Assembly (NCBI GenBank): GCA_041661045.1
Contig: JBAZVE010000001.1
Location: 420,001 to 452,000 of the forward strand
DNA length: 32,000 nt
Reading direction: 5' to 3'
DNA from: Candidatus Saccharimonadota bacterium
GTDB taxonomy: Bacteria; Patescibacteriota; Gracilibacteria; UBA1369; 2-02-FULL-48-14
The notes below the pieces were generated by a model that was given only the letters and a program-made list of their open reading frames with translations, did not search any database and was not told the DNA's origin. The translations under genes and the position numbers were made by a program. Positions 1-8,718 of this stretch are shown here, piece by piece (position 1 is the first letter of the stretch; every line of letters begins with the position of its first letter).

Positions 1-13
1 CGGAGACACTGAT

Positions 14-42
14 TTGATGCCGAAACATATCTGGTTTATACT
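14..42 (+). promoter_or_regulatory. sigma70-like promoter of ybeY, predicts a leaderless transcript
   Basis: TTGATG (14-19), 17-nt spacer, TATACT (37-42). ATG at 49 lies 6 nt after the -10, with no Shine-Dalgarno sequence between. Confidence 0.45.
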
Positions 43-48
43 GCGGTC

Positions 49-474
49 ATGATTGAACTTATCTTTGCCAATGAGGCAAATGACGCCATTGATGCCCACA
101 TATTTGAGACGCTTTTGGCGAGGCTCCCGGAAGTGATGGGGCGCTTGGATTATGAGGACCTTGAACTTTTGCTCACGGATGACTCGACCATTCACGCCCT
201 CAATAAACAGTATCGTGGAAAAGACAGACCTACAGATGTCTTGTCTTTCTCTTTAGAAGACCCTGTCCACTTGGGCCAGTTGGTCATTTCTGTGGATCGA
301 GCACGAGAGCAGGCCGAGCAGATTGGACAGTCTTTGGAGGAAGAACTTCGGTTCTTGTTTGCCCACGGTGTTTTGCACCTTTTGGGCTACGATCATGAAG
401 AGCCCGAGGAAGAAAAGGAGATGCTCGAAAAAACTTATGCACTTTTGGGGAGGTCCGTTTTGGGTCAACCCTGA
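49..474 (+). CDS. ybeY: rRNA maturation endoribonuclease YbeY
   Basis: 141-aa ORF with the zinc-binding signature HGVLHLLGYDH near the C-terminus. Size is typical of YbeY/UPF0054. Confidence 0.9.
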   Translation: MIELIFANEANDAIDAHIFETLLARLPEVMGRLDYEDLELLLTDDSTIHALNKQYRGKDRPTDVLSFSLEDPVHLGQLVISVDRAREQAEQIGQSLEEELRFLFAHGVLHLLGYDHEEPEEEKEMLEKTYALLGRSVLGQP

Positions 475-722
475 ACTGGTTCGCCCAGGAGAACATTCAC
501 AAGGGCAAAGCTAACGAGCAGAAAGACAATAGCTGCAGCAGGTACAACGCAAAAGAGTAATGCTTTTTTGAGCAAATTCTTGCGTTTCTTTTGGTCTTTT
601 TCGATGAGCCCAATGATCAAAAAAACGGGGCATGCAACGCCAGCCACTATGGTGCTTAAAGTGATAAGGATGCCTAGACCACCGAGGATAAAATTTAGAC
701 TGGTCAAGATGCTTTCTTTCAT
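465..722 (-). CDS. small membrane protein, 2 predicted TM helices
   Basis: 85-aa ORF with two long hydrophobic stretches separated by a basic loop (KDQKKRKNLLKK). It fills the gap between ybeY and guaA. No family recognised. Confidence 0.5.
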   Translation of the reverse strand: MKESILTSLNFILGGLGILITLSTIVAGVACPVFLIIGLIEKDQKKRKNLLKKALLFCVVPAAAIVFLLVSFALVNVLLGEPVQG

Positions 723-732
723 ATAAAAAGGG

Positions 733-2553
733 TTACTCCCACTCGATGGTGGCGGGGGGTTTGTTGGTGATGTCGTAGAAGACGGCGGAAATTTTTGGGT
801 CTTGGAGGAGAGTGGCGGTCAGTTCGGCGAGCTCCGGCATGGGGAGCTGGGCAAAATGTGCGGTCATGGCTTCCTCGGAAACGATGGGGCGCAGCACCAG
901 GGATTCTTTGCCGGGTGTATTCACGGAGAGGGGGAGCAGCACGGTGGGCATTTGCCACACTTCCCGTGCGCGGCCGATTTCTTTGAGCCAGAGCATGGCC
1001 AACTTGTCTGCTTTTTGTAGCGTTTCCACCCGGGATTGCGTGAGAGATCCGGGCGTGAAATGCAGGGCCGTGATGCCTTGAGGTGCCAGGGTGTAGAGCA
1101 CGCGATTGATTCCCGGGAAGCGATTGGTGAGCGCCGGGGCGAGTTGCGCCAGTTCTTCCCAAGTGGCGGGGCCTGAAAGGGCCAGTGGGTGACGGTAGGT
1201 TCGGAAATCACCCTGAACCCCAACGGATTTGATGGGAAGGATGCGGGCGGACAGGGCACTGTTTTTTTCTTTGAGGAAGTTTTGGATGGCGGCCTCCAAA
1301 TCTGCGGGGTGCTCGGGCCAGTCTTCCGCTTCGGCGCACAGGATGCGCACCGCCAAGCCGGGGCCCGGGAAGGGGTGGCGCCAAACAAGCGAGGCCGGGA
1401 GGCCGAGCTTTTCGCCCACTTCGCGCACTTCGTCTTTGTACAGGTCTTTGAGGGGTTCGATGACGCGGCCTTGTTTGATGAGCTCTTCTATTTCTGGCAC
1501 ACGGTTGTGGTGTGTTTTTATTTTTGAGGAATTTTTGGTGCCGCCGGATTCAATGGTGTCCGGATAAATGGTGCCCTGGCCCAAGAGCCAATGTTCCGGG
1601 TTCAGTTCCAGTTGCGCAGCCATTTTGCGTTGAATTTCCAAAAAGACGCGTCCGATGATTTCTCGTTTCTTTTCTGGTTCATGGATTCCTTCAAGGGCCT
1701 TAAAAAAGTCGTTTCTGCCATCGTAGACATGAAGGTTCTGAATGCCCTCCGCGTGCAGGGCTCCTTCCACTTCTTCTCGCTCGCCGCTGCGCATAAAGCC
1801 GGTGTCCACAAAGAGGCCGTACACTCTGTCTTGCCCCAGGGCTTTCACCAGGAGTACAAAGGCCACGGTGCTGTCCACTCCGCCACTGATGAGCATGAAG
1901 ACTTTACGGTCGCCCACTTGCTCCTGGATGGCCGCGGCCGCGTGATCCACAAAGTTGCCCAAATTCCAGTCTCGCTCCGCGCCACAAATGTCCAAAAAGT
2001 TGGCGAGCAGAATGGGGCCTTTCACGGTGTGCACTACTTCGGTGTGAAATTGAATGCCGTAAAAATTGCGGCGAAGATCTCCCACGGCGGAGTAGGCGTC
2101 ATCGGTGGAAGAGGCGAGGATTTCAAAACCTTCGGGCAACTGGGTGACTCGGTCTCCGTGGCTCATCCATACCTGCGTCTCTTCCCCTTGTTCAAAGCCG
2201 TCGAACAAAGCCTCATTTTTTTGCACGGTGATTTTTGCTTTTCCAAATTCACGGCCCTGCCCTTGGCCCGGCTCCACTTTCCCCCCGAGGAGATGCGTGA
2301 GGAGTTGGTGTCCATAACAAATACCCAAAATCGGGATCCCGAGCTCAAACATACCCGCGGGCGCCGTGGGGCTGCCGGCTTCGTAAACCGAAGACGGGCC
2401 TCCGGAAAGGATGATGCCTTTGTACTCTTTTAAAGACTCGGCGCTTGTGTCTGCGGGGTCCAAAATTTCACTATAAACGCCTAGCCGACGAATCCGCGTG
2501 GCAATGAGATGCGCGTACTGACTTCCGTAGTCGAGAATGGCAATTTTATTCAT
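733..2553 (-). CDS. guaA: GMP synthase (glutamine-hydrolysing), long form with expanded C-terminal region
   Basis: GATase motif GICYGHQ, ATP-PPase P-loop SGGVDS and C-terminal KPPATIEWE. Start placed at ATG 2553 (MNKIAILDYG), which fits the conserved N-terminus and a -10 box 7 nt upstream. The ORF track extends to 2562. Confidence 0.93.
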   Translation of the reverse strand: MNKIAILDYGSQYAHLIATRIRRLGVYSEILDPADTSAESLKEYKGIILSGGPSSVYEAGSPTAPAGMFELGIPILGICYGHQLLTHLLGGKVEPGQGQGREFGKAKITVQKNEALFDGFEQGEETQVWMSHGDRVTQLPEGFEILASSTDDAYSAVGDLRRNFYGIQFHTEVVHTVKGPILLANFLDICGAERDWNLGNFVDHAAAAIQEQVGDRKVFMLISGGVDSTVAFVLLVKALGQDRVYGLFVDTGFMRSGEREEVEGALHAEGIQNLHVYDGRNDFFKALEGIHEPEKKREIIGRVFLEIQRKMAAQLELNPEHWLLGQGTIYPDTIESGGTKNSSKIKTHHNRVPEIEELIKQGRVIEPLKDLYKDEVREVGEKLGLPASLVWRHPFPGPGLAVRILCAEAEDWPEHPADLEAAIQNFLKEKNSALSARILPIKSVGVQGDFRTYRHPLALSGPATWEELAQLAPALTNRFPGINRVLYTLAPQGITALHFTPGSLTQSRVETLQKADKLAMLWLKEIGRAREVWQMPTVLLPLSVNTPGKESLVLRPIVSEEAMTAHFAQLPMPELAELTATLLQDPKISAVFYDITNKPPATIEWE

Positions 2554-2560
2554 TGCCTGC

Positions 2561-2589
2561 ATTATCGGGCCTTATTGCAGAAAAGCCAA
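2561..2589 (-). promoter_or_regulatory. promoter of guaA (leaderless configuration)
   Basis: On the minus strand: TTGGCT (2589-2584), 17 nt, GATAAT (2566-2561), 7 nt, ATG 2553. Confidence 0.4.
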
Positions 2590-2591
2590 GC

Positions 2592-3422
2592 CTAAGCAGC
2601 TTTCTGGACTTCTTGGGTCACATTTCGCAAAGCACGCACGCCCCTAAAGGGATTCGCAATGTATGCAAGGTCCTCCTTAGAATCACCCTCCGCAGCCTGC
2701 CAAAACCATGCCTTGCCGCGCGCGGCGCTATCGGAGAGCCATTCTTCTCTAGTACTGCCCGTTGAAAAGAGTCCAAGGTTCTGGAGCGCTTCGAGCATTG
2801 CTTTATTAGCCATTTGTAGGCCGACTGCACCGTTCTGATGAAGAAGATTTAGGATATTTTCGGCACTGAGAGCCGTACCTATGCCCATCCTGTTTTCTTG
2901 TCTTATCTTAGCTCCCGCCTCCGTGGCGGTAATCCAAACTCCGGCGTCACCCTGTCCGTTGGGTCCTTTCCTGCTTGGCGCACTTTCCATGAGATAAGTT
3001 TCACCATTAATTTGTGCAAGTACCAAGTAGCTTCCCTGCGTTTCTCGTGGCTTTAAGGCCTTGATGGTATTGAGCGTATCGAGGGAAAGCTGGGTTTCTC
3101 CGCTCCCCAGGCGGGTGAGAAATGTGTCTAAGGCTTCCGGGGAACCAAATCCAAAGTTGTTGTGTTTTGTGGCGAGCGCACGCATCCTTTCTGTTATTGT
3201 ACGCACTGATTCTGGACATTCGCAGGCTGTTTCTTTCATGAGCTGAGGGGCGCCTAAGGCCGCGGCCACTCCACCTTCTACAAGCTCGAATGTCTTCTCA
3301 ACTGGAGTTCGGTTGGCGGGGAGTTCTGGGGCGCGGGGTCCCTCGATTTCTGGTTTTTGTTCTTCGGTGGGTATTCCTTCAGTGGTGGTGAGTTGTCCCA
3401 TATTGGTTAGTTTAGTTCCCAA
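2592..3422 (-). CDS. hypothetical protein
   Basis: 276-aa ORF with protein-like composition and no competing ORF. No motif recognised. Start is either TTG 3422 or ATG 3401. A perfect TTGACA lies at 3450-3445 upstream. Confidence 0.6.
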   Translation of the reverse strand: MGTKLTNMGQLTTTEGIPTEEQKPEIEGPRAPELPANRTPVEKTFELVEGGVAAALGAPQLMKETACECPESVRTITERMRALATKHNNFGFGSPEALDTFLTRLGSGETQLSLDTLNTIKALKPRETQGSYLVLAQINGETYLMESAPSRKGPNGQGDAGVWITATEAGAKIRQENRMGIGTALSAENILNLLHQNGAVGLQMANKAMLEALQNLGLFSTGSTREEWLSDSAARGKAWFWQAAEGDSKEDLAYIANPFRGVRALRNVTQEVQKAA

Positions 3423-3493
3423 GCCTAAAAGCCTTTTGTGGATTTGTCAATACCTCCAGGTTCGGTTTTTGGGTTAACCCAAGTTTTTCTGGA

Positions 3494-5329
3494 CTATTCG
3501 GTGATCGGCTCTTCCTCGACGGGCACTTCCTCCTCTGGGACTTCCGATTCTTCCGGCTCCTCCGGCTCCACAAGATCGCGGAGGACTACGGTGAGGGTGC
3601 GGGGGTTTGGGGTGATGGCGTTGCCGCTGCTGTCTGTGAGGCCGCGGAGCGTGATTTCGTAGCGTTCCTCAATTTGCTCGGTCATGCCGGAGGTGGTCAA
3701 AATAACAGCGGAGCCGTCCACACGGATGTTGGTGAGGGTGAGGGCATCGGTCACGGAGGAGTCAGAGAAATCCGTGTCGAGGATTTCATAATTGGCGGGG
3801 TCTTCGCCGTGCTGGGTGTTCAGGGGCTCATTGAACACGATGGTGATTTCGTTGAGCGCAGTGATTTCGTGGCTCACGACTCTGGGGGAACTCTCGTCAT
3901 CCAAAAGAGAAAAACTCAATTCGGCATCCGTGAGAAGAGCGCCCTCAAAAATGCCGAGATTTTCGCGCACTTCAAATGAGGAGGATTCCATGCTCACGCC
4001 TTGGGGGAGATGCACAAGCACTCGGTAGCGGTCGCCCAAGGTTCCGGGCTGTTTGTGCAAATGCAGGTGGTAAACCCCCTCGCTCCACACATATTCTGGG
4101 AGTTCGTAGCTGTAAGAGTAAGAGACCGATTCGCCGGGCTGTAGATTCACCATTTCTCCCAAAACCAGAACATCCTCACGATCCTCCGTGATCTCGCCTC
4201 CGTTTTCAATGTTGGCGCCAAGAGGAATCATGGTGCGAAGGTAACTGGTGTAAGGCCCGCTCAAAGGAATATTCCAGCTGCCTTCGTGCGAAAGGGTGAC
4301 GGTGACTTTGCCTTTGACCACGGGGTTGCCGAGCACATCGTTTTGACCGGTGACTTCGAGTTCGTATTGGATATCCCGAGTGATGTAGCGATTGGATTTC
4401 ATCCCACCATAGTTGGCGTCGTTGATGGCCAAAAAGTCTCCGCTGTCCGACTGAGGTAGAGCTCCATCCCAGTTTCGAGCGTGGAAAGATTTTTGGAGTC
4501 CACTGCGGGTGAAGCTGGCGAGCAGGTGTTTTTCTTCAAAAGCCTGGGCGGTGAGATCCCGGATGGTGAGCAGACGCCAAGGAAGAATGATGCTTTTAAA
4601 CAGGATTTTTTTGACGATGGGGCTGGTGATGTTTTTGCGCTCGGCCAAGGCCTCTTCGTTGTGACGGTCGATGTCGGAGACCACGGATGAAAGCGTTTCG
4701 AAAAGATTCTGCTCGGTGAGTTCGTATTCTTCGATTTTGAGGGGCTCGTAAAGTCCCACAAGTTGTTCCAAAAAGGTAAAGTCGGCCGCGATGACGCCGG
4801 AGACGCGGGCATTGGGCTGAGTGAGTTGGTAAAACTCAATGAGTTCGTCTTTGGCGATGGTGAAGTCCGGGTCAAAGTTTGCGTCGCGGAATGTGTGTCC
4901 TTGATAGCCTTCACCTGAAAGGAGCGCACTCAAAATGAGCGGGGGTTCGATGAATTCGTGATCGTCGATTTCGCCGTAGACATCGTGAAATTCCAGGCCG
5001 GAAAAGAGCCCGTGACTGAATGAGAGTTCGCCGTAAGTGGAAATAAAGCCGCCGGTGGGGCGCAGTTCGTAGTTGTTTTGAAAGAGTACAAGGTAGGTGC
5101 GATTGCCAAATGGAAAACCGGTGAAGCCCGCCGTGCGCCAAAACATGAATCGAAACGGCCCCATGAGCAGCCATACAAAAAAGATGAGGATGGCAAAGAT
5201 GGCCAGAGCCCATTTTAGGACGCGTTTGGGTAGGGATTTTTTGCGTGAGTGCGCAGCGGTTTCCGTTCGTTTGTTTTCGTGAAAGTGGGAGGGGGTGTAT
5301 CCGCTGGTGCCGTAAGAAGGGTCGAACAT
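3494..5329 (-). CDS. DUF4012 domain envelope protein with Ig-like C-terminal region and acidic tail
   Basis: 611 aa. N-terminal TM helix (WALAIFAILIFFVWLLMGPF) followed by YLVLFQNNYELRPTGGFISTYG, the hallmark of DUF4012. The C-terminus is Ig/SbsA-like (ITIVFNEPL..ANYEILD) and ends in EEPEESEVPEEEVPVEEE. Confidence 0.8.
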   Translation of the reverse strand: MFDPSYGTSGYTPSHFHENKRTETAAHSRKKSLPKRVLKWALAIFAILIFFVWLLMGPFRFMFWRTAGFTGFPFGNRTYLVLFQNNYELRPTGGFISTYGELSFSHGLFSGLEFHDVYGEIDDHEFIEPPLILSALLSGEGYQGHTFRDANFDPDFTIAKDELIEFYQLTQPNARVSGVIAADFTFLEQLVGLYEPLKIEEYELTEQNLFETLSSVVSDIDRHNEEALAERKNITSPIVKKILFKSIILPWRLLTIRDLTAQAFEEKHLLASFTRSGLQKSFHARNWDGALPQSDSGDFLAINDANYGGMKSNRYITRDIQYELEVTGQNDVLGNPVVKGKVTVTLSHEGSWNIPLSGPYTSYLRTMIPLGANIENGGEITEDREDVLVLGEMVNLQPGESVSYSYSYELPEYVWSEGVYHLHLHKQPGTLGDRYRVLVHLPQGVSMESSSFEVRENLGIFEGALLTDAELSFSLLDDESSPRVVSHEITALNEITIVFNEPLNTQHGEDPANYEILDTDFSDSSVTDALTLTNIRVDGSAVILTTSGMTEQIEERYEITLRGLTDSSGNAITPNPRTLTVVLRDLVEPEEPEESEVPEEEVPVEEEPITE

Positions 5330-5338
5330 AGGGGGATT

Positions 5339-5377
5339 GGGGCTTGAGGCGGTGGGTTGAGGACGGTGGGTTGAGGC
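5339..5377. repeat. tandem ~14-nt repeat (GGTGGGTTGAGGnC), about 3 units
   Basis: GGTGGGTTGAGG occurs at 5351-5362 and 5365-5376. A degenerate unit GGGGCTTGAGGC lies at 5339-5350. The array sits directly upstream of the DUF4012 start codon. Confidence 0.7.
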
Positions 5378-5632
5378 GGGTGCCCGGTAGGCTTGTGAGG
5401 GGCGCCGCTTGGGCTTGCCTCCATCATAAACGGCCTGATCGGGAAGGTCTAGCAGAGTTTTTTGTGGCGGAGGCGATGGTTGAGAGGGCGGCGATTGGGC
5501 CGAGCGAATGGTATGGCGGCGCCCAAAAGGTGACTACACCCTCACCGTGGTTTTTGTCATGGGGAAAGGAGCATTTGAACCTGTTAACGGGGTGGTTTTG
5601 TGATAGAATGGAGTTTCAATAACCCCCTCGCT

Positions 5633-6451
5633 ATGACCGACATTGAACTCTATAGAAAAGCTAAGTTTTTTGGAAAGAATGCTCTCTTGTGGCGGAGGAA
5701 GTTTATGGGCTTGCTGCCGGAGGTGCAGCGGAGGCGACTCTATGAGAAGCGCGGCTTCGGGTCCATTTTTGAATTTTCTTTTAAGTTGGCCGGTTTGAGT
5801 GAAGAGCAAGTGAGAAGGGTTTTACAGCTGGAGAGGAAGTTTGAGGGGGTGCCTGTTTTGAAGGAGCTGCTGGAGAGTGGAGCAGTGAGTGTGAATAAAC
5901 TGGCGAGGGTGGCTTCTATTGCGACTGTGGCGAACCAGGAGGACTTGGCGGAAGCGGTGAGGGTTTTGCCCAAAAGCGCAGTGGAAACTTTGGTGAGAGA
6001 TGAGCGATTTCAAAAATCAAATGGCTTATTTAAGCCACAAATTGAAGTAAAATCTGTGCCCGGGCACTTGAACTTGGATGAAAAAGTTGTGGGCCGCCTG
6101 TTGGAGCTGCAGGGGAAAGGCATAGACCTCAATGCAATGATGATGGAAATGTTGGACCGAAGGGAGCAAGAAATTGCAGAGGAAAAAGTGGCTATTGCGG
6201 AGGATTTGCCTGAAACGCAGTCGCGACATGTGCCTGTGCGAACCAAGAAAGTATTGCGGAAGGAACACGGCACTAAGTGCTCCATCGCCAGCTGCAGGAG
6301 GCCGGCGGAACAGCTGCACCACACGCAAACCTTTGCCCTGAGCCACCGCCACGATCCGCACTATCTCGCGCCGCTCTGTAAAGAGCACCACATTTTGGCG
6401 CATTCGGTAAATCTGAAAGTGTGGGAGAGAAGGGTGGAGGCGATCAGTTGA
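5633..6451 (+). CDS. HNH endonuclease domain protein
   Basis: C-terminal HNH-type motif CSIASCRRPAEQLHHTQTFALSHRHDPHYLAPLCKEHHILAH, with a helical N-terminal domain. ATG 5633 is preferred over GTG 5600. An extended -10 TGATAGAAT lies at 5601-5609. Confidence 0.8.
   Translation: MTDIELYRKAKFFGKNALLWRRKFMGLLPEVQRRRLYEKRGFGSIFEFSFKLAGLSEEQVRRVLQLERKFEGVPVLKELLESGAVSVNKLARVASIATVANQEDLAEAVRVLPKSAVETLVRDERFQKSNGLFKPQIEVKSVPGHLNLDEKVVGRLLELQGKGIDLNAMMMEMLDRREQEIAEEKVAIAEDLPETQSRHVPVRTKKVLRKEHGTKCSIASCRRPAEQLHHTQTFALSHRHDPHYLAPLCKEHHILAHSVNLKVWERRVEAIS
6020..6073 (+). repeat. 54-nt double-hairpin repeat, copy 1 (in frame within the HNH gene)
   Basis: AATGGCTTATTTAAGCCACAAATTGAAGTAAAATCTGTGCCCGGGCAC matches 27849-27796 on the minus strand at 40 of the first 48 nt (hand alignment). 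Hairpins are TGGCTTA-TT-TAAGCCA and GTGCC-CG-GGCAC. Confidence 0.8.
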
Positions 6452-7106
6452 TCACCAGGGAGTCGAGGATTTTTTGAATGGCCTCTGCCTCTTGATGATT
6501 GGCACCCGTGAATACTCCAATGAAAAGATATTCGGTGGCGTTCGTTTCCACTACAAAGGTCTCGTCTTGACACTGGATGGCTTCGTAACCTGAGGATTCT
6601 GCTTGAAAAGCGCTTTGACCACCCAAGGTCAATGCTTGCAAACTTCCGCCCAGCATGCCCATGCCACCTTGCTCGCTGTAAAGATTTGCGCGGATGAAGT
6701 CCTCAAACGACAAATTGCCGTCTTTTGACATGGGGAGGGTGAATATCAGATGAGCTTGGCCCTCTTGGCAACCATCCATTATGGGCAGCTTGGAGAGGTC
6801 AATGCGGTAAAACTCTAGGGATCCATCCATCTCAAAGGTCCAATCGGCGGGGAAGTCGAATTGAATGCCGTAATCGGGATCATTGAAGGTTTTGTAACCA
6901 TCGCCATCTTCGTCGGTGGGCTCCATTTGTGCAAATTTTTCCTCAGCCGCTTCTCGATCTTCAGTTCTCTCTTCTCTGGTTTCGGCAAGTTTCTCATTCA
7001 TGGCTGCTTCGTCTTGAGCCGCCTTTTCATCAAACGATAGTTCGGTGTTTTGCTGGCAGGCCGTGAGTAGAAATGTGGCCAAGAGTAGGGTTGAAAATAT
7101 TTTCAT
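6444..7106 (-). CDS. lipoprotein, unknown function
   Basis: N-terminus MKIFSTLLLATFLLTAC is a signal peptide with a lipobox Cys. An acidic linker follows, then a globular region. Confidence 0.75.
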   Translation of the reverse strand: MKIFSTLLLATFLLTACQQNTELSFDEKAAQDEAAMNEKLAETREERTEDREAAEEKFAQMEPTDEDGDGYKTFNDPDYGIQFDFPADWTFEMDGSLEFYRIDLSKLPIMDGCQEGQAHLIFTLPMSKDGNLSFEDFIRANLYSEQGGMGMLGGSLQALTLGGQSAFQAESSGYEAIQCQDETFVVETNATEYLFIGVFTGANHQEAEAIQKILDSLVIN

Positions 7107-7115
7107 ATAAATGAG

Positions 7116-8705
7116 TTATTTCTTTTCTGCTTTCTTCGCCTTCTTCATTTTTTCCCTAGCTTTTTCGCGCATTTTGTTCTCAGCTTTTACATTTTCTTCC
7201 AGAGGGCGCATGAGGGGGAAGAGCACGCAGTCGCGGAGGTTGTCTTGATGTGTGAGCAGCGTGATGATGCGGTCGATTCCGCCGCCCCACCCTGAAATGG
7301 GAGGCATTCCGTGTTCCATGCAGTTCACATAATCCAGATCCACTTCCATGGCTTCTTCATCGCCGCCGGCACGGGCCAGGGCTTGGTCTTCGAAGCGTTT
7401 CTTTTGGTCCACGGGGTCCACGATTTCGCTGTAAGCATTGATGAGTTCCCAAGTGTTCACGAGCAATTGGAAGGTTTCACACACCATGGGATTTTTGTCG
7501 CTACGGCGAGCGAGGGGTTTGGTGCTGGCCGGGTGATTGATGACAAAACAAGGGTCCACCAATTTTGGCCGGCTGACTTTTTTGTAGAGGAAGTCGCAGA
7601 GGTTTCCGTAACCCATGGAGTCCATTTCATCGATCTGAATTTTCTTAGCCTTTATGGCCGCGCGCAGGGCGGGGGCATCGTCGTAGTGTTCATAAATATC
7701 GATGCCGCTGTCTTTTTTGATCATTTCTCCAAAATCCAGGCGGGGCCAAGGGGCTTTGAAGTCCACGATGCGGTCTTCACCGTCACGACTGCGGATGGTG
7801 ACTTTGGTGCTTCCAAACAGTTCTTTGATGGCGTGGGTCAACATTTCTTCGGTGAAGTTCATGTTGTCCTCGTAATTCCAATACGCCGCGTAGTATTCGA
7901 GCATGGTGAACTCCTGCAGATGCGAGGGGTCCATGCCTTCGTTGCGGAAACATTTGGCGAATTCGTAGACGCGTTCAAAGCCTCCCGCGATGCAGCGTTT
8001 TAAGTACAGCTCAGGGGCGATGCGAAGGTAGACATCGATGTCCAAGGCGTTGTGGTGTGTGGTGAACGGGCGGGCGGTGGCGCCGGATGCGGTGGAGGCA
8101 AGCACGGGAGTTTCCACTTCAACGAATCCATGCCCATTGAGGTATTCGCGAACCAGTTGGATGAAGCGGCTGCGCATCAAGAATCTTTGCATGCTTTCCT
8201 CGTTCATAATGAGGTCGAGGTAGCGTTGGCGGTAGATCTGCTCTTGGTCCTGAATGCCGTGCCATTTTTCGGGGAGGGGGTTCAGGGTTTTTCCGAGGAA
8301 CGACCACTCGCTCACCAGCACCGTGAGTTGACCGTGTTTGGTGTAAAATAGTTCTCCGCTGACACCCACAAAATCCCCCATGTCCAATTTGCGCAAAAGT
8401 TTGTACGCTGCGGGCGCGATCTGCTCCATGAAACAAATTTGTACGGTCCCCGTAAAGTCTTTGAGGTTTGCGAAGGCGAGACGGCCGTGTTCACGAAAGG
8501 TCATCAGGCGGCCACGAATGGTCACTTGGGATTTGGGGCCTTTATCGGCCAGAATTTCATCCACGGTTCGCGTCTTTTTTTCACCGAGCTTGGTGGCCGC
8601 CTCAATCGAGTGCGTGCTTTCAAAACGGGAGGGGTAGGGGTTGATGTCGAGCTTGCGAAGCTCCTCCGCTTTTCTTAAACGATCCTGGTATTCTTGAGAA
8701 CTCAT
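7116..8705 (-). CDS. lysS: lysine--tRNA ligase, class II, with Lys-rich C-terminal tail
   Basis: Class II motif 2 FRNEGMDPSHLQEFTMLEYY, motif 3 region GWGGGIDRI, and a LysRS-type N-terminus (RLRKAEELRKLDINPYP). 529 aa. Confidence 0.95.
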   Translation of the reverse strand: MSSQEYQDRLRKAEELRKLDINPYPSRFESTHSIEAATKLGEKKTRTVDEILADKGPKSQVTIRGRLMTFREHGRLAFANLKDFTGTVQICFMEQIAPAAYKLLRKLDMGDFVGVSGELFYTKHGQLTVLVSEWSFLGKTLNPLPEKWHGIQDQEQIYRQRYLDLIMNEESMQRFLMRSRFIQLVREYLNGHGFVEVETPVLASTASGATARPFTTHHNALDIDVYLRIAPELYLKRCIAGGFERVYEFAKCFRNEGMDPSHLQEFTMLEYYAAYWNYEDNMNFTEEMLTHAIKELFGSTKVTIRSRDGEDRIVDFKAPWPRLDFGEMIKKDSGIDIYEHYDDAPALRAAIKAKKIQIDEMDSMGYGNLCDFLYKKVSRPKLVDPCFVINHPASTKPLARRSDKNPMVCETFQLLVNTWELINAYSEIVDPVDQKKRFEDQALARAGGDEEAMEVDLDYVNCMEHGMPPISGWGGGIDRIITLLTHQDNLRDCVLFPLMRPLEENVKAENKMREKAREKMKKAKKAEKK

Positions 8706-8718
8706 GTGGCTAGATTAT

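Noticed and set aside
1591-2433. 280-aa ORF antisense to guaA, plus several 60-155-aa ORFs at 719-1567
   Set aside because: All are nested in the guaA coding region, and guaA motifs are unambiguous on the minus strand. The translations are low-complexity (Arg/Pro/Gly-rich).
4399-4929. 176-aa same-strand alternative-frame ORF inside the DUF4012 gene
   Set aside because: Ser/Pro/Thr-rich off-frame translation. The DUF4012 frame is continuous and motif-bearing.
7311-8003. 230-aa ORF antisense to lysS
   Set aside because: Shadow ORF inside a conserved aaRS gene, with no recognisable motif.
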